Shown in pieces: positions 1 through 25,400 of a DNA stretch of 64,000 nt. The first letter of the stretch is position 1. Each line of letters opens with the position of its first letter. This DNA is from an uncultured Holophagales bacterium (GTDB lineage Bacteria > Acidobacteriota > Thermoanaerobaculia > Multivoradales > UBA5704): positions 1,792,001 through 1,856,000 of the forward strand of contig CAWJGT010000003.1 in assembly GCA_963842525.1 (NCBI GenBank), read 5' to 3'. A program made the position numbers and the translations under genes. Below the pieces are notes generated by a model. It was given only the letters and a program-made list of their open reading frames with translations. It did not search any database and was not told the DNA's origin.

Positions 1-3000
1 CTCCTTCCGGCAACAGGACGATCCCGGGAGCCGCCGCCCCTGGCAGGCTCGCCCGCCCGGGCTCGATCCCCCCCTCGATCCAATACCGCTGCCGCTCGAA
101 CGGATACGCCGGCAGGGGCACCCTTCGGCGCTGCTCGTTGCCGTGGAACGCGGACCAGTCGATCTCCGCGCCAGCAAGCCAGAGGCGGCCCAGGGTCTGG
201 AGCAGGAATCTCTGGTCCGGCTGGCGGTCGAGCTCATGGCGCAGCGAGGAGAAGACGGCCCCTTCGGCGGAAATCTGCTGGAGAGCCAGGCTGCCCAGGG
301 TCTGGCCCGGCCCCATCTCCAGCAGCACCCGTCCCGGCTCACGCCACAGCTCGGCGACGCCGTCGGCGAAGCGGACGGGCGAGACGAGGTGGCGCACCCA
401 GTAGTCGGGATCCATGGCCTGGGCGGGAGAGATCCAGGTCCCCGTGACGTTCGAGAGATAGGGGATGCGCGGAGGTGCCAGGGGAATGGCACGCAGCAGC
501 TCTCGCAGCTCCTCGGCGATCGGCTGCATCATCCAGGAATGGAAGGCCTGGTCCGCCTGCAACCGGCGGCAGGGGACCCCTTCGTGCGCGAGCCGCCGCT
601 CCAGCGCCGTGACCACCTCGGGGGGGCCGGCGACCACCGACACCGCCGGGGCGTTGACCGCGGCGAGGGAGAAGCTCCGGGGTGAGCCGCGCCCGTGTCT
701 CCTCCTCCGACAGCGGCACGGCCAGCAGGGCTCCCGGCGCAAGCCCGCCGATCCGGCGGGCGCGCCGGGCCACCAGCGCCAGGGCGTCGGGCAGCTCCAT
801 CACGCCGGCCAGGCAGGCCGCCGTGTACTCCCCCAGGCTGTAGCCGAGGAGGGCCGCCGGCCGCACCCCCCAGCTCATCCACAGCCGGGCGAGGGCATAC
901 CCCACCGCGAACATCGCCGGCTGCGCAATGCGGGTCTCCTTGAGGAGCGCACGCGCGGCCGTTTCCTGCGGGCGGCCGCTGCGCCCGAGCAGAGCGCGCA
1001 GGTCGAGGCCTGCGGAAGCCGGCTCCTCCGCCGCGAACAGCACCTCGCGCAGGTCGAGCCCGAGGTGCGGCACGAGCAGCTCGGCGCAGCGGTCGATCTC
1101 CTGCCGGAACACCGGCTCATCGTGATAGAGGCCCCGGGCCAGGCCCGGATACTGGTCGCCGACCCCGGGCAGCAGGAAGGTCACGCTGCGACGGCCCGCC
1201 GCCGTTTCCCGGGCGGCGGTCCAGACCCGTTGCGGATCCCGTTCCCGCAGCGCCGCCGCAGCCTCCTCGCGCGTCGCTGCCAGCACCGCGCGGCGGTGCG
1301 CAAAAGGCCGCCGGCCTACTCGCAGGGTGTAGGCGGCGTCCGCCAGGTCGAGGTCCGGGTCCCCCTCCAGGCGATCGGCGAGGCCGTCCGTCATCCGGTC
1401 CAAGGCGGTGGACGTGCGCGCCGCGAGCAGCAGCACCTGCCAGGGGCGCGACGGACCGGACGGCGCGGCGGGAGGTGCCTCTTCGAGCACTGCGTGCACG
1501 TTGGTGCCGCCGATGCCGAACGCGCTCACCCCGGCGCGGCGGGGCTCCCCGTTCGCCTTCCAGTCGGTGAGCCGGTCGGCCACCCGGAACGGGCTCGCGG
1601 CAAAGTCGATGGCAGGGTTCGGCGTCTTGAAGTGCAGGCTGGGCGGGATCTGACGGTGCTCCAGGGCGAGCACCGTCTTGATCAGGCCGGTGACGCCGGC
1701 GGCCGCGTCCAGGTGGCCGACGTTGGTCTTGACCGAGCCGAGGAAGCAGAAACCGGTGCGGCCGGTCTCCCGGCGGAAGGCCCCTTTGAAGGCCAGATTG
1801 AGGGCGGCGACCTCGATGGGATCGCCGAGGGGCGTGCCGCTCCCGTGCGCCTCGACGTAGTCGATGCTCTCCGGAGAGACCCCGGCGTCGGCGAGCGCCG
1901 CGGAGATGACCTGCGCCTGCCCGGCGACGCTCGGCGCGGTGTAACCCGCCTTGCCGGAGCCGCCGTCGTTGTTGGTCGCCGAGCCGAGGAGGACGGCGTG
2001 GATGGTGTCCCCATGCGCCAGCGCGTCTTCGAGCCGTTTGAGCACGACGATGCCGGCTCCGCTCCCCCCCACCGTGCCGCGCGCCGCAGCGTCGAAGGCG
2101 CGGCAGCAGCCATCGGGAGAGGCGATGCCCCCCTCTTCGTAGAGATAGCCGGCGCGCTGCGGCAAGGCAATGGACACGCCGCCGGCCAGCGCCATGTCGC
2201 AGGTGCCGAGACGGAGGTTCTGGCACGCCAGGTGGACCGCCACCAGTGAGCTGGAGCAGGCCGTCTGGACCGTCATGCTGGGGCCCGCGAGGTCCAGCTT
2301 GTAGGAGACGCGGGTGGCCAGGAAGTCCTTGTCGTTGCCCAGCAGGAGCTGGAGCCCACCGGTCGCCGCGGCGGGGTCGGCGCTGGTGAGGATCTGGTGC
2401 AGGTAGCGGCTGAGCCCCAGGCTGGCGAACACGCCGACCGGCCCCGGCACGCGCAGGGAGTCGTAGCCGGCATCCTCCAGCGCCTCCCAGGCGCATTCGA
2501 GGAACAGGCGCTGCTGGGGATCCAGGAGCTCGGCCTCGCGCGGGTTGTAGCCGAAGAAGCCGGCGTCGAACAGCTCCACCCCGTCGAGCACCCCGGCGGC
2601 GGGCACGTAGCGGGGGTCGCGCCGCAGCTCGGGAGCGACGCCGGAGGCGGCGAGCTCTTCGTCGTTGAAGCGGGCGATCGAGGAGATGCCGACGCGCAGG
2701 TTGGCCCACAAGTGCTCGACGCCGGGCGCGCCGGGGAAACGGCCGGAGAGGCCGACGATGGCGACGGCTCCGACACTGCCGCTGCCGGGCGCCCTCGCTC
2801 CGGCGGCGCGGGGCGCGGGCTCTGCCACCGCCAAATCCATCGCAAAATTGGGCTCCAGGTGGCGCGCCAGGGCGCGGACGGTGGTGTGGGTCAGGAGGTC
2901 CAGCAGGCTGACCTCCCGTCCCAGCCCATCGCGCAGCCGCACCTGCACCTGCGTGAGCAGCAGCGAATGGCCGCCCAAGTCGAAGAAGTTCTCCTCGCTG

Positions 3001-3301
3001 CCGACCCGCGGCACGCCCAGGACCTCGCACCAGATGCCGGCCACGGCATCTTCGAGCGCGCTGCGGCCCTCCTCGGGCAGCAGGTTGGCGGAGACCGGGG
3101 CGGGCGCCGGCAGGGCCGTTCGATCCACCTTGCCGTTGGGCGTGACCGGCAGCTCCTGCAACGTCACGAATGCGGAGGGGATCATGTACTCGGGCAGCGT
3201 CTGGCGCAGGGCGTCGCGCAGGTCCGCGGGCGCCGGCGCCGGCTCTGTGGCCGGGACCACGTAGGCCACCAGGCGCCTGTTTCCCGGCTCGTCCTCCCGC
3301 A

Positions 3302-15175
<11,874 letters not shown>

Positions 15176-16487
15176 CCGTCTCCAGCGTTGGGGTAGTTCT
15201 CGAAGACGTAGAGCGTTTCAAACAGCGGCGAGCCGGCAGAGACCTCGCTCCAGCGCTGGATCTGGGTCAGCGGGCTGTGCTCGAATTCCTGCCGGGCGAG
15301 CTGGCGCTCCTGGAGACATTGCAGCCAGGGAGCCAGGGGCTCCGCGTCGTTCACCCGCACCCGCACCGGCAGGGTGTTGATGAACATGCCGATCATGGTT
15401 TCGATGCCGGGCAAGGCGGCCGGACGGCCGGAGACCGCGCTGCCGAAGACCACGTCCTCCTCGCTGCTGTAGCGGCTGACGAGCACGGCCCAGGCACCCA
15501 GGGTGACGGTCTGCAAGGTCAATCTGTGCCGCGCCGCCAGGGCCTGGAGCTCCGCCGTGACCTCGCGGGAGACCTGGAGCTTGTGCTCGGCGTAGCCGGA
15601 AGCCCCGTCAGCTCCCGCCGGGTGGTCCACCCTGAGGACACCCAGAGGATTGGGGGCGGTGAACCCAGCGAGCTCCTCGCGCCAGAACGGCTCCGCCTTC
15701 GCCGGCTCCTGCCTCTGCAACCAGGCGATGTAGTCGCTGAACGGCCGCGCCGGCGGCAGTGTTGGCTCGATGGGCTCCCGGCCCTCCCGCAGAGCCGCGT
15801 AGACAGACCCCAACTCCTGGACCAGGAGAGGAAGCGACCAGCCGTCCAGCAGCAGGTGGTGAGATGTCCAGATGAATCCCAGCTCGCAGTCGAGGCGGAT
15901 CAGGGAGAAACGCATCAGCGGTGCCCTGTCCAGGGGCAGAGGAGCATGCCGGTCGCTCTGTCGCAGCTCTTCGTAGCGGCGCTGCTGCTCCTCCGCTGGG
16001 AGGCCGCGCCAGTCCAGATCCTGCCAAGGCAGAGCGCAGCTCTTGCGGACGACCTGCCGGGGCTCGTCGAGCCCCTTCCAGAGGAAGGCGGTGCGCAGCA
16101 CCCCGTGACGTTCGACGAGCCTCTGCCAGGCTTGCCGGAACAGCCGGGAATCGAGATCCGCCGGCAGGGTGCAGGTGACCTGGTTGACATAGACCCCGGA
16201 CTCGGGCGCCATCAGGCTGTGGAACAGCATGCCGCCCTGGAGCGGTGTGAGTGGGTAGATGTCTTCGATGTCTTTTAGATCAGATAGAAGCGATGCCAGC
16301 TTGTTGAAGCTGTGCACGTCGAGCCCGGCTTTGGGAAAGTCGGAAGGCGTGAAGACCTCCTCGCTTTCGCAGCCATGCTGGATCAATCGCCGCAGCGCGC
16401 CGGCATAGGCTGCGGCCAGTCGCTCCGCGGTCTCCCGGCGATGCGTCCGCGAGCCGTAGCTCAAAGTGATCTGGAGCCGGCCATCGG

Positions 16488-19400
16488 TCACGATACCGCT
16501 GATCTCCAACGGGTGGGTGCGGTGGCCGCGCGGGCTCCGGCTGGAGCCGGCGGAGGCTGTGGAAGCCCGGAAAGAGAGCTCTCCTCGGAGGTGGAGCCGA
16601 CCTGGCCCAGATAGTTGAAGAGGATCTCGGCCCCCGGAGCCGCTTCCAGGAGGCGGACCGCCTCTGCGTTGCCGAGATGGCGCAACAGACCGTAGCCGAT
16701 CCCGCGCCCCGGCACGGCGCGCAAGCGCTCCTTGGCGCTCACCAGGGCCTCGCCGGGACCGGCGTCGCCCGCCTCCAGGACGACCGGGTACAGGGAGGTG
16801 AACCAACCGACGGTGCGTGAGACGTCGAGATCGTCAAAGAGCGGCTCGCGGCCGTGCCCTTCCAGGTCCACCCGCAGGCGTGGGGAGCCGGCCCAGTCCG
16901 CCAGAGCCCGTACAAGGGCGCTGAGCAGCGCATCGTCGATGCGGTTGTGGTACACCGACGGCAGGGTCTGGAGCAGGTCCGCGGTCTCTCCGGCGCTGAG
17001 CTCGAAGGAGACCGAGGCCTCGTCGCCGAAGAGATCGCCGGCTGTGCCGCCGGGGAAGTCCACCGGCAGGCGGGGCACGCGAGCCCGGGCGGTCTCGCAC
17101 CAGAACTCCAACTCGCGGGCCAACGCATCCGAGCCGGCATGCTCGGCCAGGCGGCGAGCCCACTCCTGAAACGAGGTGGTCTTGGGCGGGAAGGTCGGGC
17201 GCAGCCCGCGCGCGGCCTGGCGGTACGCTCCCTCCAGGTCTTCGAGCAGCACGCGCCAGGAGACCCCGTCCACCACCAAGTGGTGGGCGACCCAGAAGAG
17301 CCGTGCCGGCTGTCCGGCTCCGGCGTTGAAAAGAGCGAGGCGGATGAGAGGTCCGGCAGACAGGTCGAAGCCTGCCTGGAGAGCCGCGGCTGCCCGCTCG
17401 AAAGCCTCGCCCTGGCGAGGCACCGGCAAGCCCGAAAGGTCAACCTGGTAGCAGGGCGCCACCGGCTCGGCCGGCGCATTCTCCTGCCGCCAGGAATGGA
17501 CATCGAACCGCATACGCAAGGCGTCGTGGTGCTCCACGATGGCGGCCATGGCGCGTTCCAGGGCGGCGGGGGCGAGGGGCTCCCGGGGTTCCAGGAACAG
17601 GGCCTGGTTGAAGTGGTGGGGGTCGGCAAAGCCCTCCTCGAAGAACCAGCGCTGGATCGGGATGAGCGGCACCTCACCTACCACCGGCCCCTGCCCGGTG
17701 CTGCCGGAGGGATCCGTGGCCGTGGCATGGCGGGCGAGCCCGGCCACGGTCGGGTGCTCGAAAATCTGCCGCATGGTGACGAGCAGACCGGCCTGACGCG
17801 CCCGGGACACGATCTGGACGGAGAGGATCGAATCGCCGCCGAGCTCGAAAAAGTTGTCGTTGACGCCCACCCGCGGCAGGCGCAGGACCTGCGCCCAGAC
17901 CGCCGCCAGGATCTCCTCCTCGCGAGTGCGCGGCACCACGTACCCGGACTCTACGCTGGGCTGTTCCGGAGCCGGCAGGGCTTTCCTGTCCACCTTGCCG
18001 TTGGCCGTGAGGGGCAACGCATCGAGCGTCACGAAGGCAGCGGGCACCATGTAGTCCGGCAGCCGCTCGCGCAAGGCCTGGCGCAGCTCCTCGACCGCGA
18101 CGTCGCCGACCACATAAGCGATCAGCCTCTGGTCGCGCACCACCACAACCGCCTGGTGGGCTCCGGGCAGAGCGGCCAGCGCCGCCTCGATCTCCCCTGG
18201 CTCGATGCGGAAGCCCCGCACCTTGACCTGATGGTCCGTTCGGCCCAGGAACTCGATCCTCCCGTCCGGCAGGCGGCGCGCGAGATCACCCGTCCGGTAG
18301 AGCCGCTCGCCCCACGTTCCAAACGGATCGGGTACGAGCTTCTCGGCGGTCAGGGCGGGCCGGTGGAGATACCCGCGGCAGACACCCGCGCCGCCGATGC
18401 AGAGCTCACCCGGTACCCCGATCGGGACCGGATCCAGCCGCTGGTCCAGGAGCAGGACGCGGGTGTTGGCGATCGGCCGGCCAATGGGCACCGGCCCCGG
18501 CAGCGGCGATCCCGGAACCTCGTAGGTGCAGCACCCCACCACCGTCTCCGTCGGCCCATACTCGTTGATCAGGCGCAGGCCCGGGGCATGGGTACGCCAG
18601 AAGGCGAGCTGCTCGCCGGACAGCGGCTCGCCACCGATGACGAAGGCACCCGCGCATCCTGAGACCCGCTCGGGTGGCAGCAGCCGCTGCAGGACCTCCA
18701 GATGAGCGGGCGTGAGCTTGACGAGCCCGAAGCCGCCCTCGGCGAGCGCCATGGCCAGACCCTCGCCCCCCTGCTCTTCGGGCACCAGCTCGACACAGCG
18801 GCCGGCGAGCAGCGGCAGGAACAGGCTGGTCACCGTCAGGTCGAAGCTGAGCGGCGAGTGGACCGGAGCGCCTCGCCCCTCATCCGCTGGGTAGGCCTCC
18901 GCCGCCCAGAGCAGGTAATTCGCGAGCCCGCGGTGGGTCACCGCCACTCCCTTGGGGTGGCCGGTCGAGCCCGAGGTATAGAGCACGTAGGCAAGGTTGT
19001 CGCCAGCTGGTCGCACGGCAGGCACCCCGGCGCCTGCGATCTCCGGGAGATCGTCGAGGCAGACGATGCCGGAGTCGTGCTCCGGGAGGTCCGGCAGCAG
19101 CCGCGTCCGGGTGAGCAAGAGGGTCGGTCGGGCGTCGTCGAGCAGGAACGACAGCCGCGGGAGCGGGAGGGAGGTGTCGAGCGGCAGGTAAGCGCCACCT
19201 GCCTTCAGCACCGCGAGCAGGGCCACCACCAGATCGACCGATCGCTCGAGGAAGAGCGCCACGAGGACGTCGGGCCCGGCGCCCAGAGCACGGAGGTGAG
19301 CGGCCAGACGGTCGGAGCGTGCGGCCAACTCGCCATGAGAGAGCTGCTCACGCCCTTGGGCGACGGCCGGCAGCTCCGGAGCTTGCTCCGCCCGGGCCAC

Positions 19401-22400
19401 CAGGAGATCGAGGAGGAGCATCTCCCTCGCCGACGGCACCCCGGTGTCGTTCCACTCGGCGATCGCCTGGTGGTGTTCTGCCCGGGAGAGCAGGCCAAGC
19501 TCGCCGACGCGGCGCTCCGGCTCTTCGGCCATGCCGGCGAGCAGGGTGGCCAGGTGTTGGAGCAGGCGTGGCGCCGCATCCTCGTCCACGCGAGCGCGGT
19601 CGGACGTCAGGCGCAGAGAAACCTGATCTGTCGCCGTGTGGAGCTCCAGGGTGATGGGATAGTTGGTGCTCTCGAAGGTGCGCAGGTTACCGATCCCCAG
19701 GCTGCCGGAACCACCGTTTCCGGCGTTTCCCCCGTTTCCGATATTGGGGTAGTTTTCGAACACGTAGAGCGTTTCGAACAGCGGCGAGCCGGCAGGCACC
19801 TCGCTCCAGCGCTGGATCTGGGCCAGCGGGCTGTGCTCGAATTCCTGCCGGGCGAGCTGGCGCTCCTGGAGGCGTTGCAGCCAGGAGGTCAGCGGCTCGG
19901 CGTCGTTCACCCGCACCCGCACCGGCAGGGTATTGATGAACATGCCGATCATGGTCTCGACGTCGGGCAAGGCGGCCGGACGGCCGGAGACCGCGCTGCC
20001 GAAGACCACGTCCTCCTCGCTGCTGTAGCGGCTGACGAGCACGGCCCAGGCACCCAGGGTGACGGTCTGCAAGGTCAATCTGTGGCGCGCCGCCAGGGCC
20101 TGGAGCTTTGCCGTGACCTCGGGGGAGACCCGGAGCTTGTGCTCGGCGTAGCCGGAAACCCCGTCAGCTCCCGCCGGGTGGTCCACCCTGAGGACACCCA
20201 GAGGATTGGGGGCGGTGAACCCCGCGAGCTCCTCGCGCCAGAACGGCTCCGCCTTCGCCGGCTCCTGCCTCTGCAGCCAGGCGATGTAGTCGCTGAACGG
20301 CCGCGCCGGCGGCAGTGTTGGCTCGATGGGCTCCCGGCCCTCCCGCAGAGCCGCGTAGACAGACCCCAACTCCTGGACCAGGAGAGGAAGCGACCAGCCG
20401 TCCAGCAGCAGGTGGTGAGACGTCCAGATGAACCCAAGCTCGCGGTCGAGACGGACCAGGGAGAAGCGCATCAGTGGCGCGCTGGTCAGGGGCAGAGGAG
20501 CGTGCAGCTCGCCGTGCCGCAGCTCTTCGAAGCGGCGCTCCCGCTCCTCCGCGGAAAGGCCGCGCCAATCCAGATCCTGCCACGGGAAAGAAACCTTTTT
20601 ACGGACGACCTGCAGGGGCTCGTCGAGACCGTCCCAGAGAAAGGCCGTGCGCAGCACCTCGTGACGTTCGACGAGCCTCTCCCAGGCTTGCCGGAACAGC
20701 CGGGCATCGAGGTCCGCCGGCAGAGTGCAGGTTACCTGGGTGACATAGACCGCGGACTCGGGCGCCATCAGGCTGTGGAACAGCATGCCGTTCTGGGCCG
20801 GTGAGAGAGGGTAGATATCTTCGACGTTCTTCGGATCCGATAGAAGCGATGCCACCTTGTGGAAGGTGTGCACGTCGAGCCCGGCCCTGGGAAAGTCGGA
20901 GGGCATCTCCGTGGCCGTGGCGTGGCGGGCGAGCCCGGCCACGGTCTGGTGCTCGAAAATCTGCCGCACGGTGAAGAGCAGTCCGGCCTGGCGCGCCCGG
21001 GCCACGATCTGGACGGAGAGGATCGAATCGCCGCCGAGCTCGAAAAAGTTGTCGTTGACCCCCACCCGCGGCAGGCGCAGGACCTGCGCCCAGACCGCCG
21101 CCAGGATCTCCTCCTCGCGAGTGCGCGGCGCCACGTAGCCCTCTGGCGCACCGGGCTGCTCCGGGGCCGGCAGAGCCTTCCTGTCCATCTTTCCGTTCGC
21201 GGTGAGGGGCAGCGCCGCGAGCGTCACAAAGGCGGCCGGCACCATGTAATCCGGCAGCCGCTCGCGCAGCGACTGGCGCAGCTCCTCGACCGCGATGTCG
21301 CCGGCCACGTAGGCGACCAGCCTCCCCTCCCGCACCACCACGACCGCCTCGCGCACTCCGGGCAGAGCGACCAGCGCCACCTCGATCTCCCCGAGCTCGA
21401 TGCGGAAGCCGCGCACCTTGACTTGATGGTCCACGCGACCCAGGAAATCGAGAGAGCCGTCGGGCAGCCAGCAGACGAGATCGCCCGTGCGGTACAACCT
21501 GTCGCCGGGCCGGCCGCCGAACGGATCGGGAACGAAACGTTCGGCGGTCAGGCCGGGCCGGCGCAGGTAGCCGCGCGTTACACCCGCTCCTCCCACCAGC
21601 AGCTCGCCGGCCACCCCGACCGGCACCGGCCGCAGGTCCGGATCTACGACATAGAGCCGGCTGTTGGCGATCGGCCGGCCGATCGGCACGCGGTGCGGCT
21701 CCTGCCCTGGTGCGCAGACCCATCGCGCCGTATCGATCGTGATCTCGGTCGGCCCGTATGCGTTGTCCAGGGGAACGGGCAGGCGCGCCAGCACCCGGTC
21801 GCGCAGCTCAGGGGTGAGAGCCTCGCCACCCGTATAGATCTGCCGCAACGAGACGCATGTCTCCACGTCCTCCTCGGCGAGGAACGCAGCCAGCATCGAA
21901 GGGACGAAGTCGATGTGGGTGATTCGATGCTCGCGGATGGCGCGAGCCAGGTACGAAGCTTCGCCTTGCCTGCCCGGACTGGCCAGAACCAGCCGTGCCC
22001 CGGCGGACAGAGGAGTAAAGCACTCCCAGACCGAAACATCGAAACCGAGCGAGGCCTTCTGGAGGAACGCGTCCCGCTCATCGAGCCCGTAGGCCTGCTT
22101 CGCCCAGCGCAACCGGTTGCAGATCCCGCGGTGCGTAACCATCACACCTTTCGGCTGGCCGGTCGAGCCCGAGGTGTAGATGACGTAGGACAGGTTGCTA
22201 GGGCTCACGTCTGTCCTTAGAGGCTGCCCCATGTCTTCACCGGAATCCCAGCGCGCATCCAGGAGGACCACGCGGCGGCCCTCCGCCGGCACCCGCTCGA
22301 GGAGGGGCTCCTGGACCAGCAGGACCCGGGCCCCCGCGTCGTCGAGCAGGAAGGCCAGCCGCTCCGCGGGATAGCTGGGATCGAGCGGCAGCCAGGCACC

Positions 22401-25400
22401 GCCGGCCTCGAGGACGGCCAGCATGCCCACGACCATGGCTGGCGACCGCTCGGTGCAGAGGCCGACGATCGCATCCGGGCCAACGCCCAGCTCCCGGAGG
22501 TGGCGCGCCAAGCGCCGGGCACTGCCGATCAGGCGGCGATATGTCCAGCGCTCGGCCCCCAGCTCGACGGCTACGGCGGAGGGCGTCCGCGCCGCCTGCG
22601 CCGCGACTTCCTGATGAAGACAACCCTCCGCGATCCCCGCGATCCCCGTGTCGTTCCACTCGCACAGGATCTGGGCGCTCTCGGCCTCGCTCGTGATCGG
22701 CAGATCGAAGACCCGCAGGTCCGGCTCGGCGGCCGCCGAGGCGAGCAGCCGTTCGAAGTGTCCGGTGAGACGGTCGATGGTCGTGGCGTCGAACAGATCG
22801 GTGGCGTGCTCCATCGTGCCGCTGAGCCCGCCATCCCTTTCCTCGAGGGCGAGCGTGAGATCGAACTTCGCCATCGTCCCCCTATCCCCAAAATCGCCGA
22901 CTGGGCGCAGATGCAGATCCTGGATGTCCAGGCTCGCGGTGGGGACGTTCTGCAGCTCGAACATCACCTGGAACAAGGGTGTCTGGGCGAGGCTCCTCTC
23001 CGGGGCGAGCTCTTCGACCAGCTTTTCGAACGGCGCGTCCTGGTGCAGATAGGCGGCCAATGCGATCTCGCGCACCCGGCCGAGAAGCTCGCGGAACGTG
23101 GGTGTGCCCGCCAGGTCTCCTCGCAGGACCAGGGTGTTGACGAAAAATCCGATCAGTCCTTCGGTCTCGACCCGGTTGCGTCCGGCGACGGGTGAGCCCA
23201 CCGTGAGATCATCTTGTCCGCTGTAGCGCGCCAGAAGGGTCTGGAAACCGGCCAGGAGCACCATGAAGAGGGTCGCTCCCTCGCGCCGGCCCAGGGCCTC
23301 GGCTTGCCGGGTGAGCTCGGCCGGCAGCCGCACCGGCCGCGCCGCGCCCCGGTAGCTCTGAACCGCGGGCCGCGGTCGGTCGGTGGGCAGCTCCAGGAGC
23401 GGCGGCAACCCGGCGAGCTGCCGGCGCCAGAAGGCGATCTCCTGCTCCAGAACTTCGCCGTGCAGCCAGGAGGATTGCCACACCGCGAAATCCGCATATT
23501 GCACCGGCAACTCGGGCAAGGGCGACGGCGTTCCCTCGGCAAACGCCGGATAGAGAGCCGCGATCTCACGGACCAGAATGCCCAGGGACCAGCCGTCGCT
23601 GGCGATGTGGTGCACGGTCAGCACGACGACGTGGTCCCTCTCGGCGAGGCGCAACAGCAAGCCGCGCAGTAGTGGACTGCAAGCGGGGCCGCCGGTGAGG
23701 TCGAACGGGCGGGCTGCCTCTTCGCCGGTCAGGGTGACGACCAGCGCCTCGCGCTCTTTCTGTGGCAGCTCCGACAGGTCCACGATGGGCAGCAGGAAGG
23801 GCTCAGCCGGCCGGATCACCTGCACCGGCGAGCCCTCCGGCGCAGCGAAGACCGTGCGCAACGCTTCGTGCCGGCGCACGATCTCCCCGAGGCAGAGGGC
23901 CAACACCGCGCCGTCCAACGGCCCTTCGGCCCGTAGCGCCCCGGGCATGTTGTAAAGCGGGCTGCCCGGTTCGAGCTGATCGATGAACCAGAGCCGCTGC
24001 TGCGCGAACGACAGGGGCAGCGACCCCTCGCGCGGCACCGCAAGAAGAGGCGGGGCGGGTGGGACCGTGCCGGCCCGTCGCATCGCTTCGACCCGGGCGG
24101 CGAGGTCTGCCAGCCGGGGGGCCGCGAAGAGGTCGCGCAAGGGCACTTCGATGCCCAATGCGTTGCGCAGGCGCGAGATCACCTGGGTCGCCAGCAGCGA
24201 GTGGCCCCCCAGGTCGAAGAAGTGGTCGGCCACCCCGACCCGTTCGCGACCGAGCACCTCGGCCCAGATGCCGGCGAGGATCTCTTCGACCGGCGTGCGG
24301 GGTGCCAGCCACCTCTCCTCGGCGTTCTCCAACTCCGGCGCCGGCAGGGCCTTTCGGTCCACCTTGCCGTTGGGGGTGAGAGGGAGCGCCGGGAGCAGGA
24401 CGAAGAAGGCCGGGATCATGTGCTCCGGCAGTCGCCGGCGCAGGTGATCGCGCAGCCCGACCGCAGTCGGACGAGGTTCCTCGCCAGCCACGTAGGCCAC
24501 CAGGGCTTTGCTCCCTGCGATCTCGCGCACGTTCACCGCCGCCTGCCGGACCTCGGGGTGGGTGAGGAGGGCCGCTTCGATCTCTCCCAGCTCGATGCGG
24601 AAACCGCGCACCTTGACCTGATGGTCGAGCCGGCCCAGGTGCTCGAGCTCGCCCGAGGCGAGCCAGCGGGCCAGGTCGCCGGTCCGGTAGAGGCGGCCTC
24701 CGGGGACCGCTGCAAAAGGATCGGGAAGGAACCTCACCGCCGTCAGGTCCGGACGGCCGAGGTAGCCCCGGGCCCCGCCGGCCCCGGCCAGGAACAGCTC
24801 GCCGGGCACGCCGCCGGGGACCGGCTGGAGGCGGCCGTCCAGCACGTAGGCCCGGGTGCCGGGGAGGGGGCGGCCGATGCTCACCCGCGCGGCGCCCCGC
24901 TCGACCCGGGCCCAGGTCGAGTACGTGGCATCTTCCGTCGGTCCATAGAGGTTGAGGACCTGCTCGACCTGCGCGTGGCGGTAGATACGTTCCGCCAGCT
25001 GCGGCGGCAGCGCCTCGCCGGCCAGATTCACCGTTCGGAGCGCGGGAGGCAGCTCTCCCGCGGCCAGCTCGGTCATGGCGGAAGGGACCGTGTTGACCAG
25101 CGTCACCTCTCCCCGGGCAGGCAGCGCCGGCAGGGCCAGGGCGTTGTCGGCCAGGATTACCGTCCCGCCCCAGGAGAGGGGCGCGAAGATCTCGAAGACC
25201 GACAGGTCGAAGCAGATAGAGGTCGCGGCCAGGACTCCGGCGAGGTCTTCCGCAGGGAAGGCCGCACGCGCCCAGTGCATCCGTTCGACCGGAGCATGGT
25301 GCTCGAGGGCCACGCCTTTGGGCCGCCCTGTCGAGCCGGAGGTGTACATCACATAGGCGAGGTTGCCGGGGCCTGCCAGCGGTGCCGGGTTTTTCTCGGG

